Both the position numbers and the translations under genes were made by a program. From Candidatus Bathyarchaeia archaeon (GTDB taxonomy: Archaea; Thermoproteota; Bathyarchaeia; Bathyarchaeales; Bathycorpusculaceae), in the NCBI GenBank assembly GCA_049520735.1, contig JBEKPM010000001.1, forward strand, positions 22,510 through 86,509: a DNA stretch of 64,000 bases, in the 5' to 3' direction. Positions 20,475 through 29,310 of the stretch are shown here, piece after piece (within the stretch, counting starts at the first letter, position 1; each line of letters opens with the position of its first letter). The notes under the pieces were generated by a model. The model was given only the letters and a program-made list of their open reading frames with translations, was not told the DNA's origin and did no database searches.

Positions 20475-23400
20475 CTAAGCTCGCCTTTTCGTCAGCACAG
20501 CAAGGGAGCCAACAATCACAACCGATAGTATAGCGACGACGACTGCGAAGGGAACCCAGCCGGTTGGAACCAAAAAGCCGCCGTAGCCTGACTCTTCTGA
20601 AGCAACACTGAAACTGATTGGGGCCGTTGACTGATGCTGCACGCCGTTCGCGTCCAAACCCGTCAACGTTGCTGTGAGGCTGTAGCTGCCGGCAGCTGTT
20701 CCAGCTGGAAGGTTGAACTCCACGGTTACCTGCCCTGAACTTCCGTAGAAGATGCTTGGCAAATTAACCGCTGTCACGTACTGGGCCAGAGAACCCGTGA
20801 AGGAAACTGATTCCACGTTGAAGTTGGATCCTACAAACGTGAACGCTAAAGTTTCCGTCTGGTTAGCACCCGCTGTCACTGTGCCCAGGTTCTGGCTGCT
20901 CAAAGTCACCGATGTTGAGCCGACTGAGGATCCGCCTGAGCCTCCGGACCCGCCTGAACTAGACGACGCCCAGCTGACAACAACAGAGGCAAAGTTGCTG
21001 TACAATCCTGTGAGGACCCCGGTTGCGGTGTTGTATGCTCCTGACATTCCCGTCACAGTTACTGGTACCCCGTAGCTGCCGCAACTGAACACTAACGTGC
21101 CAGAGCCTGTGCTCACAAAGTTGACTGTTAAGGTTTCGCCGTTCCAGGACAATGTCGACAGTGGCGTATCTGCTTCTTCAACGTAGAATCTGCTGCCCCA
21201 CGCATCAAAATTGACTGACACATAGTTGCTGCTGTTGGCGACGGAAACACTGAAGACTCCACCGGTGTAGGCGGTGCTGAGCACGTAGCTGACGCCAGTC
21301 ACGTAGGTTGGGACCTGCCAGCAGTCAGTCACGAAGGTGCACGTCGAGGTCGACGCGCTGAAGTTCACTGCCAGGTCCGTTCCATCCCAGGCGACGTTGC
21401 TTATGCCTCTATTGGCAGCTACATGGTGGGTGACACTGTTGAATGTGTACGGGTACGCCGTGCAGCTAACAGGGCACGTCATGCTGCTGGTTACTGTGAC
21501 GCTGAAGGTGGCGTTAACCGAAACCCCATTCCACGTGGCGGATCCTTGATATGATGTACCGGCTGTGATGTTGGTCAGGGAAATCTGGCCAGATAAAGCC
21601 GGGTAAGGGGTGCCATTAAGCGTGAACACTGTGTTTGGCAGCAGGTTCCCCGCGGTGTCCTTGGCCTGCAGTGTCAAAACTAAGTTTCCTGAACTCTGGG
21701 AATAACTCGCCGTGTAGGTGCCGGTCACGGTTTCTGCAGCGTTCATTGTCAGCGGCGACGTCGCCGACGCAGTCTGCAGATTGAAGCTTTCACCGCTGTT
21801 CGAGCTCGAAACAGTCGACGCATAGCTGAAGGTCGCGGTTCCCCCGCTATTAACCCAGAGGGCAAATGGCAGTGCACTGTAGGCCTTGGAGGCGCTATTC
21901 ACCGTCACCACTGTTCCGGTTGCGGAACTGTCAAGGCCCGTCTGCGCGAAAGTCACCTGGTACTGCGTAGTCCAGGCTGCGGATTCAGTGATCGCCCCGT
22001 TCATGGTGACGGAATCCGAAGCGGTTGAGCCGCTGTATGATCCTGTGCCGGTTCCTGTCCATGCGCTGAAGACATACTGGGTCCCGGTTGCTCCTGCAGC
22101 AAGCGTGGATACAGTGAAGGTTGCGTAAGCCCCTGAGTTGTACCAGCCCCGGCCAGAAGGGGAACCAAAGCTTGAAGTCACCGTCAAATAGTACTGGGTT
22201 CCGTAGTTGCCCGTGATTGTGGCTGCTGCAGAAACCGTGTAAGGCGAAGTCTGCGAGGAAACCGACAGGACGAATTGTTTCCCGGCTGTGCTGCTGCTGA
22301 CTGTGCTGGTCCAGCTGAAGATAACTTGGCTGCCGCTGTTAACCCAGACCTGGTAGGGCAGACCTGAGTAGGCTTCGTTGTTGCCGGCGGCGGTTACCAC
22401 AGTGCCCTGCGCCGAACTGTCCAGGCCTGACTGCGCAAAAGATACTTGGTACTGGGTGGTCCAGCTGGCTGTGGACGTCTGCGCCTGGTTCAGGGTGATG
22501 GCGCTGCTCTGTGCGTAGCTGGTGCCGCCCGTGCTCCAGCTGCTGAAGACGTATTGGATTCCGCTGCCTCCGTTGACTGTGCCTGCGTTCAAGCCGGCAT
22601 AGGCGGTTGTTCCTTGAGTGTACCAGCCTGAACCCGAGGGCACGCCATACGCGCTGTTGACTGTCAGGTAATACTGGGTTACCCAGTTTGCCGACGCAGT
22701 CACCGGCGTATTCATGGTGATCGCGTTGGATTGCGCGTAGTTTGTGCCGCCGGTTGACCAGCCGGTAAAAGCGTACTGGGCGCCTGAACCCGCAGAAACC
22801 GTTCCGGTGCTGAGGCCCGCGTAGGCGGCGGATCCAACGTTGTACCATCCGCTGCCCGACGTGGATCCGTAGCTGCTGCTTACTGTGAGAGAAACCTGCT
22901 TCTGCCAGTAATAATAGATCGTGTGTGCGGCGGTTACGTCTGTGAAGGTGTAGCTGGTTCCGCTGTACTGGGCTCCTGCGCCGCCGTTGTCGATGCTGTA
23001 CCCGGTGCAGACGTATTGGACGCCGCTGCCTCCGCTCCATGGCGAAGTAACGCTTGTTGCGTAGGATCCTCCATAATTGGCGCTTCCCGACGCTGTTGCA
23101 GATCCATAGCTGGAATAGACGGTAATGGTGTAAGTGATTGGTGACGTCGAGACTGAAATGGTGTGCGGCCCTTGGACGTTGCTAAAGCTGTAAGAACCCG
23201 TTATTGGAACTGAACCGCCGTCAACTAAAACACTGTTGATTGAGTACCCTGTGTTAGCTGAATATGTGAAAGTCGGCGAGCTACCCTGGTCATAATAGGT
23301 CGTTCCAGATGGGCTAATGGTTGAATGTGAATCTGAGCTTGCGGTAATTGGAAATTGATAAGTCACTGAAAGGTACGGCGCGTTGCCTGATTGACTGGTG

Positions 23401-24002
23401 TCGATCGCTGCGTCAACACCATTATTGAAAACGCCATTAATATCGTCGGAAGTTCTGAGGCAAAACTTTGTTTCTCCGCCGACATTTATCCAGCTTAAGC
23501 CTTGGCTGCTGAGGGAAATGCTGTTCCAGCCAGTTGAGCTTACTGTAGCCGACCCGCCGTTTCCATTATAGTTTCCGTTATAGAAGTCACCGGCTGCTAA
23601 CGGATCATGCGGGTAAGTAGGCTGCCCATTTTGAATGACTACAGTGGGAGAACTGCCAGAGCCCAAGGCGTTTATGTCCAGATTCAGGGTTGCACTTGTG
23701 ATAACGGCTCCCGATGGTATTGAGCTCGTGTCAAAGAAGACAAAGCTGCGGTCAACGTAATAGTACGTGCCGCCGGCAACGATTTGCCATTGCCCACACA
23801 TCATTTGAGTGTAGCCGTTATCCACGGTTCCTGAACTTGAAGATTGAGACGCGCTGTAGCTGGTTAAGTAGCTGTAGATGTAGCCGTTAGAGGCGCTTGA
23901 GTAAAAGGGGGATGTTGTAGCTTTCGCTGAATGCATCCCTGCCAAACTGATTCCGCACAACAGAACAAAAAACAACATGACTGCGGATACACTTTTCTTC
24001 AT
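20475..24002 (-). CDS. 1175-aa adhesin-like surface protein (DNRLRE-like N domain, InlB-B-like repeats)
   Basis: RSFVFFDTSSIPSGAVITSATLNL; repeated QYYLTV.S..G..SGSGWY and QYQV.FAQ.GLDSSA.GTVVT units; C-terminal TM plus KRRA. Confidence 0.85.
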   Translation of the reverse strand: MKKSVSAVMLFFVLLCGISLAGMHSAKATTSPFYSSASNGYIYSYLTSYSASQSSSSGTVDNGYTQMMCGQWQIVAGGTYYYVDRSFVFFDTSSIPSGAVITSATLNLDINALGSGSSPTVVIQNGQPTYPHDPLAAGDFYNGNYNGNGGSATVSSTGWNSISLSSQGLSWINVGGETKFCLRTSDDINGVFNNGVDAAIDTSQSGNAPYLSVTYQFPITASSDSHSTISPSGTTYYDQGSSPTFTYSANTGYSINSVLVDGGSVPITGSYSFSNVQGPHTISVSTSPITYTITVYSSYGSATASGSANYGGSYATSVTSPWSGGSGVQYVCTGYSIDNGGAGAQYSGTSYTFTDVTAAHTIYYYWQKQVSLTVSSSYGSTSGSGWYNVGSAAYAGLSTGTVSAGSGAQYAFTGWSTGGTNYAQSNAITMNTPVTASANWVTQYYLTVNSAYGVPSGSGWYTQGTTAYAGLNAGTVNGGSGIQYVFSSWSTGGTSYAQSSAITLNQAQTSTASWTTQYQVSFAQSGLDSSAQGTVVTAAGNNEAYSGLPYQVWVNSGSQVIFSWTSTVSSSTAGKQFVLSVSSQTSPYTVSAAATITGNYGTQYYLTVTSSFGSPSGRGWYNSGAYATFTVSTLAAGATGTQYVFSAWTGTGTGSYSGSTASDSVTMNGAITESAAWTTQYQVTFAQTGLDSSATGTVVTVNSASKAYSALPFALWVNSGGTATFSYASTVSSSNSGESFNLQTASATSPLTMNAAETVTGTYTASYSQSSGNLVLTLQAKDTAGNLLPNTVFTLNGTPYPALSGQISLTNITAGTSYQGSATWNGVSVNATFSVTVTSSMTCPVSCTAYPYTFNSVTHHVAANRGISNVAWDGTDLAVNFSASTSTCTFVTDCWQVPTYVTGVSYVLSTAYTGGVFSVSVANSSNYVSVNFDAWGSRFYVEEADTPLSTLSWNGETLTVNFVSTGSGTLVFSCGSYGVPVTVTGMSGAYNTATGVLTGLYSNFASVVVSWASSSSGGSGGSGGSSVGSTSVTLSSQNLGTVTAGANQTETLAFTFVGSNFNVESVSFTGSLAQYVTAVNLPSIFYGSSGQVTVEFNLPAGTAAGSYSLTATLTGLDANGVQHQSTAPISFSVASEESGYGGFLVPTGWVPFAVVVAILSVVIVGSLAVLTKRRA

Positions 24003-24092
24003 TTGTTAATTTCCTCAAGAGATAAAAGAGAAAAATCTGCCGGGTACTCGACAACTTTCTTCACTTTTTTCCTCTAAAAGAAAAATTTGGAA

Positions 24093-24923
24093 TCAGCGGA
24101 AACGTGGGTGGTTTGCTTTGTTTTCTTTTGCGCCAAGCCACGCTGGAATCACGATGCCCAGCACGATCCAGAGGAGACATAGCAGAGCCAGAATTCCGTC
24201 TGAGGCAGTGAAAACCGGTGGGAACAACGGCAAATTCGACGGTGTTGTAAGGTAACTGGTGACGGTGAGGATCGCGTTGTAGGTTCCATGGGCGATTACC
24301 GGCGCCAGGAACGCGTGTGTCAGCTCGAGCAACGCCAGCAGCAGCATGCCATCGACGAAGGCGGGAATCAGGTACCAAAAGTTGTTGTAGGCCTGTATCG
24401 CGTGGAATCCGGCCCAAAGCAGAACAGGCGTCAACGCAATCAACCACATCAGGAACGGCCCCAGCTTCTTGTAGTAGGCCTTAAACTCAGTGTACCCCGC
24501 GAATTTGAGGAGTTCCTCGGCGAGGGCAACCACTGTGTACGTGAAGAGTATGTCGCTGATTACGCTTGTTGTGACGCTGGTTTGGCCGGGGATGCTGCTC
24601 AGAGGCTGCAGCGAAGCGGGAAAAACGCTTGCGGATATTACAGATACCAGGTACATGAGGCCGGCGAAAAGGAAGATGTAGAAGACGTAGAGGGGCTTGA
24701 GGTTTTGATAGTAGTTTTTGCCGGCGTCGCTGAACAAGTTAGCAAATAACAGAACCACCAAGCTGAAGATGGCGATGATGCAGTAGACAATGATGATGAA
24801 TGCGCTGCCGAAGCTTGTGGCCAACAAGTTCGAGTTGGTGACCTGCAGCAGAAAAAAAGTCACTGTGAAAACCGTGAGGACCAAAAAGATAATGACGTCC
24901 GCAACTCTGGATCTAGTAACCAT
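24093..24923 (-). CDS. CPBP (CAAX/Rce1/PrsW-like) intramembrane glutamic protease
   Basis: Multi-TM protein with EELLKF, WAGFH and IAHGTYN motifs. Confidence 0.85.
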   Translation of the reverse strand: MVTRSRVADVIIFLVLTVFTVTFFLLQVTNSNLLATSFGSAFIIIVYCIIAIFSLVVLLFANLFSDAGKNYYQNLKPLYVFYIFLFAGLMYLVSVISASVFPASLQPLSSIPGQTSVTTSVISDILFTYTVVALAEELLKFAGYTEFKAYYKKLGPFLMWLIALTPVLLWAGFHAIQAYNNFWYLIPAFVDGMLLLALLELTHAFLAPVIAHGTYNAILTVTSYLTTPSNLPLFPPVFTASDGILALLCLLWIVLGIVIPAWLGAKENKANHPRFR

Positions 24924-24954
24924 ATTCTTCAGCTCTCATAAGAAAAAAGAAGAC

Positions 24955-25110
24955 TTAGAGGCCTAAACGTGGCTTCTTAGACGTTAACAGGCCACCCACC
25001 ATCGCTAAAAGAGCAGGGCTGACTGAGAAAGCAAGAACACGGTCCCACCAAATCGCAGCGTTCGAAGTCGCCGGAATCAGCCCAGTCCACAATTGCCACA
25101 TCGCGCCTTC
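24955..25110 (-). pseudogene. Displaced original 3' end of the 25930-26421 membrane protein gene
   Basis: Encodes EGAMWQLWTGLIPATSNAAIWWDRVLAFSVSPALLAMVVGLLTSKKPRLGL*, a paralog of that gene's C-terminus. Confidence 0.9.
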
Positions 25111-25165
25111 AAGAATTAAATGTTAATAGTGACTTAGTGACACTTTAGTCTAAGACCAAAAACAG

Positions 25166-25933
25166 GTGAAAAAAATAATGAATTGGGATTATATCGCAGG
25201 ATTCTTTGATGGAGAAGGGACAGTTTCTTTCTCTATTATTGAAAACCCGTCAGGTTACGGGTACGATATTAGACCTTTAGTTAAAATTTCTCAGAAAGAT
25301 AAGCAAATACTTGAAGAAATACAAGCATTCATGAATATTGGTAATACTGTAAGTAATGGTCATCATACAAAAACAAATAATATCAATTGGACGCAAAGAG
25401 CATACTCAGTCAATGTTTCCAGTTATCAACATCAAAAATTTGTGTGTAATATGCTTAAAGACAAAGTTCATGTAAAAAGCAAACAGTTTGCTTTGTTGGA
25501 TGAATTTCTTGAATTGAAAGCAATGTATTTTCGCAAAACAGTTCCCAAAGAAATGACATTGAAGCTCTTGGACATAGCTGAAAAAGTTAGCCAAGCTAGC
25601 GTCAAACCCAATAAATATTACAAAGCCAAGATTCAGAAAGCAAGAAAAGCAGTTCTTGAGTCTGCATGGAGTCCCGATGCTAAAGCCGAAAGTGCGAGAA
25701 GAAATTCAACAAATTTTTGGAGGGCAGTCCGACAAGGAAGACTACCGAAACCTAAAAGACCTGAATATAAATTTGCTAAGTATATCGAAGAAAAGAAACA
25801 GGAAGCGGCTCAATTTCCTCAAATGACTATAGAGATACTAACTCAAGCCAAAAGAGAGCTACCAGAAAGAGCATATCTGAAGTTAAGAAAACAAATGGGA
25901 GTAAAGCATAATCTACAAATTTTTCTTGATTAA
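25166..25933 (+). CDS. Free-standing LAGLIDADG homing endonuclease (single motif)
   Basis: YIAGFFDGEG motif, ISQKD..IL..I, K..Q; AT-rich and antisense to neighbours. Confidence 0.9.
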   Translation: MKKIMNWDYIAGFFDGEGTVSFSIIENPSGYGYDIRPLVKISQKDKQILEEIQAFMNIGNTVSNGHHTKTNNINWTQRAYSVNVSSYQHQKFVCNMLKDKVHVKSKQFALLDEFLELKAMYFRKTVPKEMTLKLLDIAEKVSQASVKPNKYYKAKIQKARKAVLESAWSPDAKAESARRNSTNFWRAVRQGRLPKPKRPEYKFAKYIEEKKQEAAQFPQMTIEILTQAKRELPERAYLKLRKQMGVKHNLQIFLD

Positions 25934-26421
25934 CCTAAGCGTGGTTTCTTCGAAGTTAATATTCCACCGAAAATTGCGAGAATTGCAGGGGAAACAGAAA
26001 AAGCAAGAACTCGATCAACCCAAATAGCAGCACTTGATGTCGCTGGAATAATCCAAGACCAAACCGACCACATAAAGCCATCCTCATCTTGGTAAAAAAT
26101 TCCACTAGCTCCGGTGAAGTGTCCTGTTGTTGCCCATTGAACATAAGGTGATGACCAATCCACAACTACGAAAAAGCTGAACGTAATAAGCAAAAGCCCA
26201 AGGGTTTGCTGTATGCTTTTGATTTTGACTCCGAAGATCACGAGGTCAAGTCTGCTGAGGACAAAGATGCTTGTCCAGATAACGATGTAGTACACGGCTA
26301 ACCCTTCAATTGCGTCAAGCCCATTAAGCATCTGCAGAAAAGTTCTTGTGTAGAAGATAAAGCCTAAAACGGCGAATGAAACGGCTAGGCCGATTTCCCG
26401 TATAGTTAACTTGTTTTTCAT
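25930..26421 (-). CDS. 4-TM membrane protein (homing endonuclease target)
   Basis: Hydrophobic helices; ATG start MKNKL after the pre-gene T-tract. Confidence 0.8.
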   Translation of the reverse strand: MKNKLTIREIGLAVSFAVLGFIFYTRTFLQMLNGLDAIEGLAVYYIVIWTSIFVLSRLDLVIFGVKIKSIQQTLGLLLITFSFFVVVDWSSPYVQWATTGHFTGASGIFYQDEDGFMWSVWSWIIPATSSAAIWVDRVLAFSVSPAILAIFGGILTSKKPRLG

Positions 26422-26471
26422 GTGTGATCCCAAAAGAAAAAAAGGAAAGAAACACAGGGTTTTGTTTGTGG

Positions 26472-26906
26472 TTAAGCCACGGTTACGGTGAAGGCGCCTA
26501 TTTGTCCAGCTGCAGGTGCACCGGTGCCAGTGTAGGTTAAAGTTAAAGTTACGGGCAGGTTGCCGCCTGGCACAATCGCCGATAACGTTGAGGTGCTGAA
26601 GGTCCAGCCTGAAGGCACGTTAGCGGCTGTAACTGTCGGCGTTAAAGCGGCGTTGTTGCTGTTGATGATGGATATGGGCATTGTGAAGGTGTCGGATGCG
26701 CTGTTCCAGGTCCAAGAGGCTGATTGGTCTGCGCCTGCGGCGATGGCTGTTCCGCCTGAAGTTACCGCGAAGTTTACGGCTCCCGCCGTGACTGTGGGGT
26801 TCTGGGTCCAAGTTAAGGATTGTAGGGCGAAGGCAACGCCTAAGCCGACGGCTAAGCCGACGGCTATGACGAGGCAAACTAACAATTTTGTTTTCAAGTT
26901 TTCCAT
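26472..26906 (-). CDS. Small secreted Ig-like protein, possible filament/pilin subunit
   Basis: Signal peptide ending GVAFA, N-terminal beta-strand, single Ig-like domain, no anchor. Confidence 0.7.
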   Translation of the reverse strand: MENLKTKLLVCLVIAVGLAVGLGVAFALQSLTWTQNPTVTAGAVNFAVTSGGTAIAAGADQSASWTWNSASDTFTMPISIINSNNAALTPTVTAANVPSGWTFSTSTLSAIVPGGNLPVTLTLTYTGTGAPAAGQIGAFTVTVA

Positions 26907-26974
26907 TCTCCTTAAAAGAAAAAAGTAAGTTGTATCAAGTGGCTGACTGATTCGTGGCGGCGCCTATGTGAAGT

Positions 26975-27238
26975 CTGTTAATTAGCCTTTTCCGTTTTTC
27001 ATTCTTTGCGTTAGCTAAGATCTACAAAGGGCAGCAACTCGGCGGCTACGATTTCTTCAACAAGGCCCACGCAGTTACCCTCATAATAGCGTTGGCTGTA
27101 GTAATCTACGTTGCATCCGAGGTTATGGTAACCATAACTATTCCAGCAGATTTCTCAGGCCTAACAATCGCGTTCTTAGTAACTGCTCTATTGGCAGGAT
27201 GGGGTGGCAACTCAGCCATCAGAGCTATAACTTCATAA
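26975..27238 (+). CDS. Small multi-TM protein (no canonical start; CTG start or pseudogene)
   Basis: Open frame ...ALAKIYKGQQLGGYDFFNKAHAVTLIIALAVVIYVASEVMVTITIPADFSGLTIAFLVTALLAGWGGNSAIRAITS* followed by a T-rich terminator. Confidence 0.5.
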   Translation: MLISLFRFSFFALAKIYKGQQLGGYDFFNKAHAVTLIIALAVVIYVASEVMVTITIPADFSGLTIAFLVTALLAGWGGNSAIRAITS

Positions 27239-27445
27239 TCTTTCTTTCCTTTTTCTTTTTTTGTAGCTATTTTATAGCTGCAAATGTCTGTTTTTTGGCA
27301 GTTAAAATTAGGGGTAGCGGAAGCTATCTTTTTTTGAGTGCTTTTTCCGTTCTAATGCAGGGAAAAATTACTGCCTGATACCGATCTCAGGTTCTATCCG
27401 TTGACTGGGGCTAACGGGGGTTTCATAACATCGAGTTAATCGCTC

Positions 27446-27709
27446 ATGTTCCTCTGTCAAAGCTTCAAATTCAACATCTCAGGCACACCCTTAGCAAACG
27501 TTGCAGTCAACCCATTCGCATCGGCACTAGCAGGACTGCTATTTAGCAAAGGACTCAACTACATCAAAGAAGTCCCAACCCAACTACTATCCCAAATAGA
27601 AAGCATCGTTACTACAGCCGCAAAACAAATACCTGATTCGAATCCATTACCAACATCAGCATCTACAACTCCGCCATCTTCAGGTCCTGTTGCACCTCCA
27701 GCGTCTTAA
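27446..27709 (+). CDS. Probable C-terminal fragment of a membrane protein
   Basis: Amphipathic helix plus P/S/T tail; T-rich terminator follows. Confidence 0.4.
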   Translation: MFLCQSFKFNISGTPLANVAVNPFASALAGLLFSKGLNYIKEVPTQLLSQIESIVTTAAKQIPDSNPLPTSASTTPPSSGPVAPPAS

Positions 27710-27848
27710 GAATTATTTTTTTCTTCTTTCTTTTTCTATTTTTAGAAACTTAATTAATTCTTAGAGGAAGGTATGACTTATTCTGGGCAAATTCTGCCTT
27801 TTCAATAGATTTATGTTGTCAACAGAAGTCTTTTGCTCGATCTTTGGG

Positions 27849-28076
27849 CTATTTCTTTTTTATTAAACAATATTTTCCTGAATCTAGGCGTTCAAAGTAT
27901 TCAGGTTGGTTTATGGGGTTTCCTTTCCTGTGATGGACTAAGGTATTTTTATAAGTTTGTTCAGCAAATCCCGGGCAGATTTTCTCAATGTCTTTAGCAT
28001 CGAACGGTTCTCTCAGTTCTCCTTTTTCTAATGCTGCAAATACACAGCTCACGAGACTTTCTTTGGTTTCTTTCAT
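27849..28076 (-). CDS. Small hypothetical protein (wHTH-like)
   Basis: 75 aa, ends YFERLDSGKYCL. Confidence 0.55.
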   Translation of the reverse strand: MKETKESLVSCVFAALEKGELREPFDAKDIEKICPGFAEQTYKNTLVHHRKGNPINQPEYFERLDSGKYCLIKKK

Positions 28077-28286
28077 AAAATCATCTATCTACCTCTCTTG
28101 ATTTTCAATAAGATATCTCTTTTGTTTTCGTTTTGCTCTGCTCAAATAGACTGAATTCTAGTGGCTGATTGATATGACGGCGCTTTTTTTCAGCATTTAA
28201 TTTATTGTTTTAGCGAAAGCTATTTACCGTGCACATCTGAAAGTCTTAGAATGACTTCGCGAAACCTTGTAAAAAAAGAAGTGGAG

Positions 28287-29030
28287 CTAATCACTCCAAG
28301 CGGTATATAACTTATTTATCGCTCCCTTGAAACAAGTATAAAATGCTTCTACATTGGTTGTGAGGGTTTCAGCGTTGTTTTTTTGAGTAAGCCATTGCCC
28401 TAACTTATTTCTACATTCTTTTAAGTTATCGTTTTTTTCAACTTCATTGTAAAACGCGTCAAAAAGCAAAGGCGCGTCTTTTTTGTCGTGGCTGAGGAAG
28501 AAATCCTGAAGATAAGATACTCTCTTGGTTGTCTCACTTTCAGCCCATTGAAATTCCTCTTTTAATTTGTCGTAAGCATCGCTGACGTTATCTTCGTCCT
28601 TGCTCGATGAAAGAAGTAACACCCCTCCATTATTACGTATAAGTCGAATTCTCAGTCCATAGAATAGAGTTGTCAAATACAACACTCTAGTTAACACGAT
28701 TTGGTTTGACCCATTATCCTTTAGTTGTTCAATCGCGTTTAACCAAGACTTAGCGGAACCAACCCAGGGGTTATAGTAATCCTTAATGAAGGGGAATATT
28801 AGTTTCCATTTTTTGGAAATACTTCGGCTTCTTTCTTTGTAATAAGCGGACAATTCTTTATAGAATGCGGAAAAAGTAACCCCGAAAAGTGTGACAACGC
28901 TAGCCGCTATAGCCCCTTTGGCAGTCAAATCTGCATTTGTCGTAATGTAAGAATTCGCTAAAAGAATTGCGAGAATGCTGCCCAGTAACGCGACTATAAA
29001 TAAAATTATTAATCTGTATTTCCTACCCAT
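28287..29030 (-). CDS. 2-TM protein with helical soluble domain (possible defence effector)
   Basis: Two N-terminal TM helices; AT-rich; divergent from dnd operon. Confidence 0.65.
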   Translation of the reverse strand: MGRKYRLIILFIVALLGSILAILLANSYITTNADLTAKGAIAASVVTLFGVTFSAFYKELSAYYKERSRSISKKWKLIFPFIKDYYNPWVGSAKSWLNAIEQLKDNGSNQIVLTRVLYLTTLFYGLRIRLIRNNGGVLLLSSSKDEDNVSDAYDKLKEEFQWAESETTKRVSYLQDFFLSHDKKDAPLLFDAFYNEVEKNDNLKECRNKLGQWLTQKNNAETLTTNVEAFYTCFKGAINKLYTAWSD

Positions 29031-29310
29031 GAGTTATCGACTCATATTAAAGGGCCTTGGCTTAAATAATTTCTGCACTCTGTGATGGCTAGAAAGGAGA
29101 AGCCAAGCTTGTGTTTTAATATATAAATGTGCACACTTATTTTTCTCGATGTTTCCGCCTCTTTATTCTTATTTTGAGATTGGATTCAGCCTCTAATCCT
29201 GGGTTATTTTTGAGATTCAGCCATTTTTTAGACATAATTTGGAAGTCTGATGTAATGCCTTTGGAAGTCTACAGAAGGCTTTTATCTTACTCCTATTTAA
29301 TAAACAGACA

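Larger units (their letters stand above)
18556..27709 (-). mobile_element. GC-richer block A of a putative integrated element (surface/membrane module)
   Basis: Compositional shift seen by eye, co-oriented genes, shared pre-gene motif with block B; boundaries approximate and no att site found. Confidence 0.55.

Noticed and set aside
19686-24749. Many 60-230 aa alternative-frame and antisense ORFs (e.g. 22339-23040, 24288-24749)
   Set aside because: Shadows of long GC-rich genes with clear domain structure; no RBS or motifs
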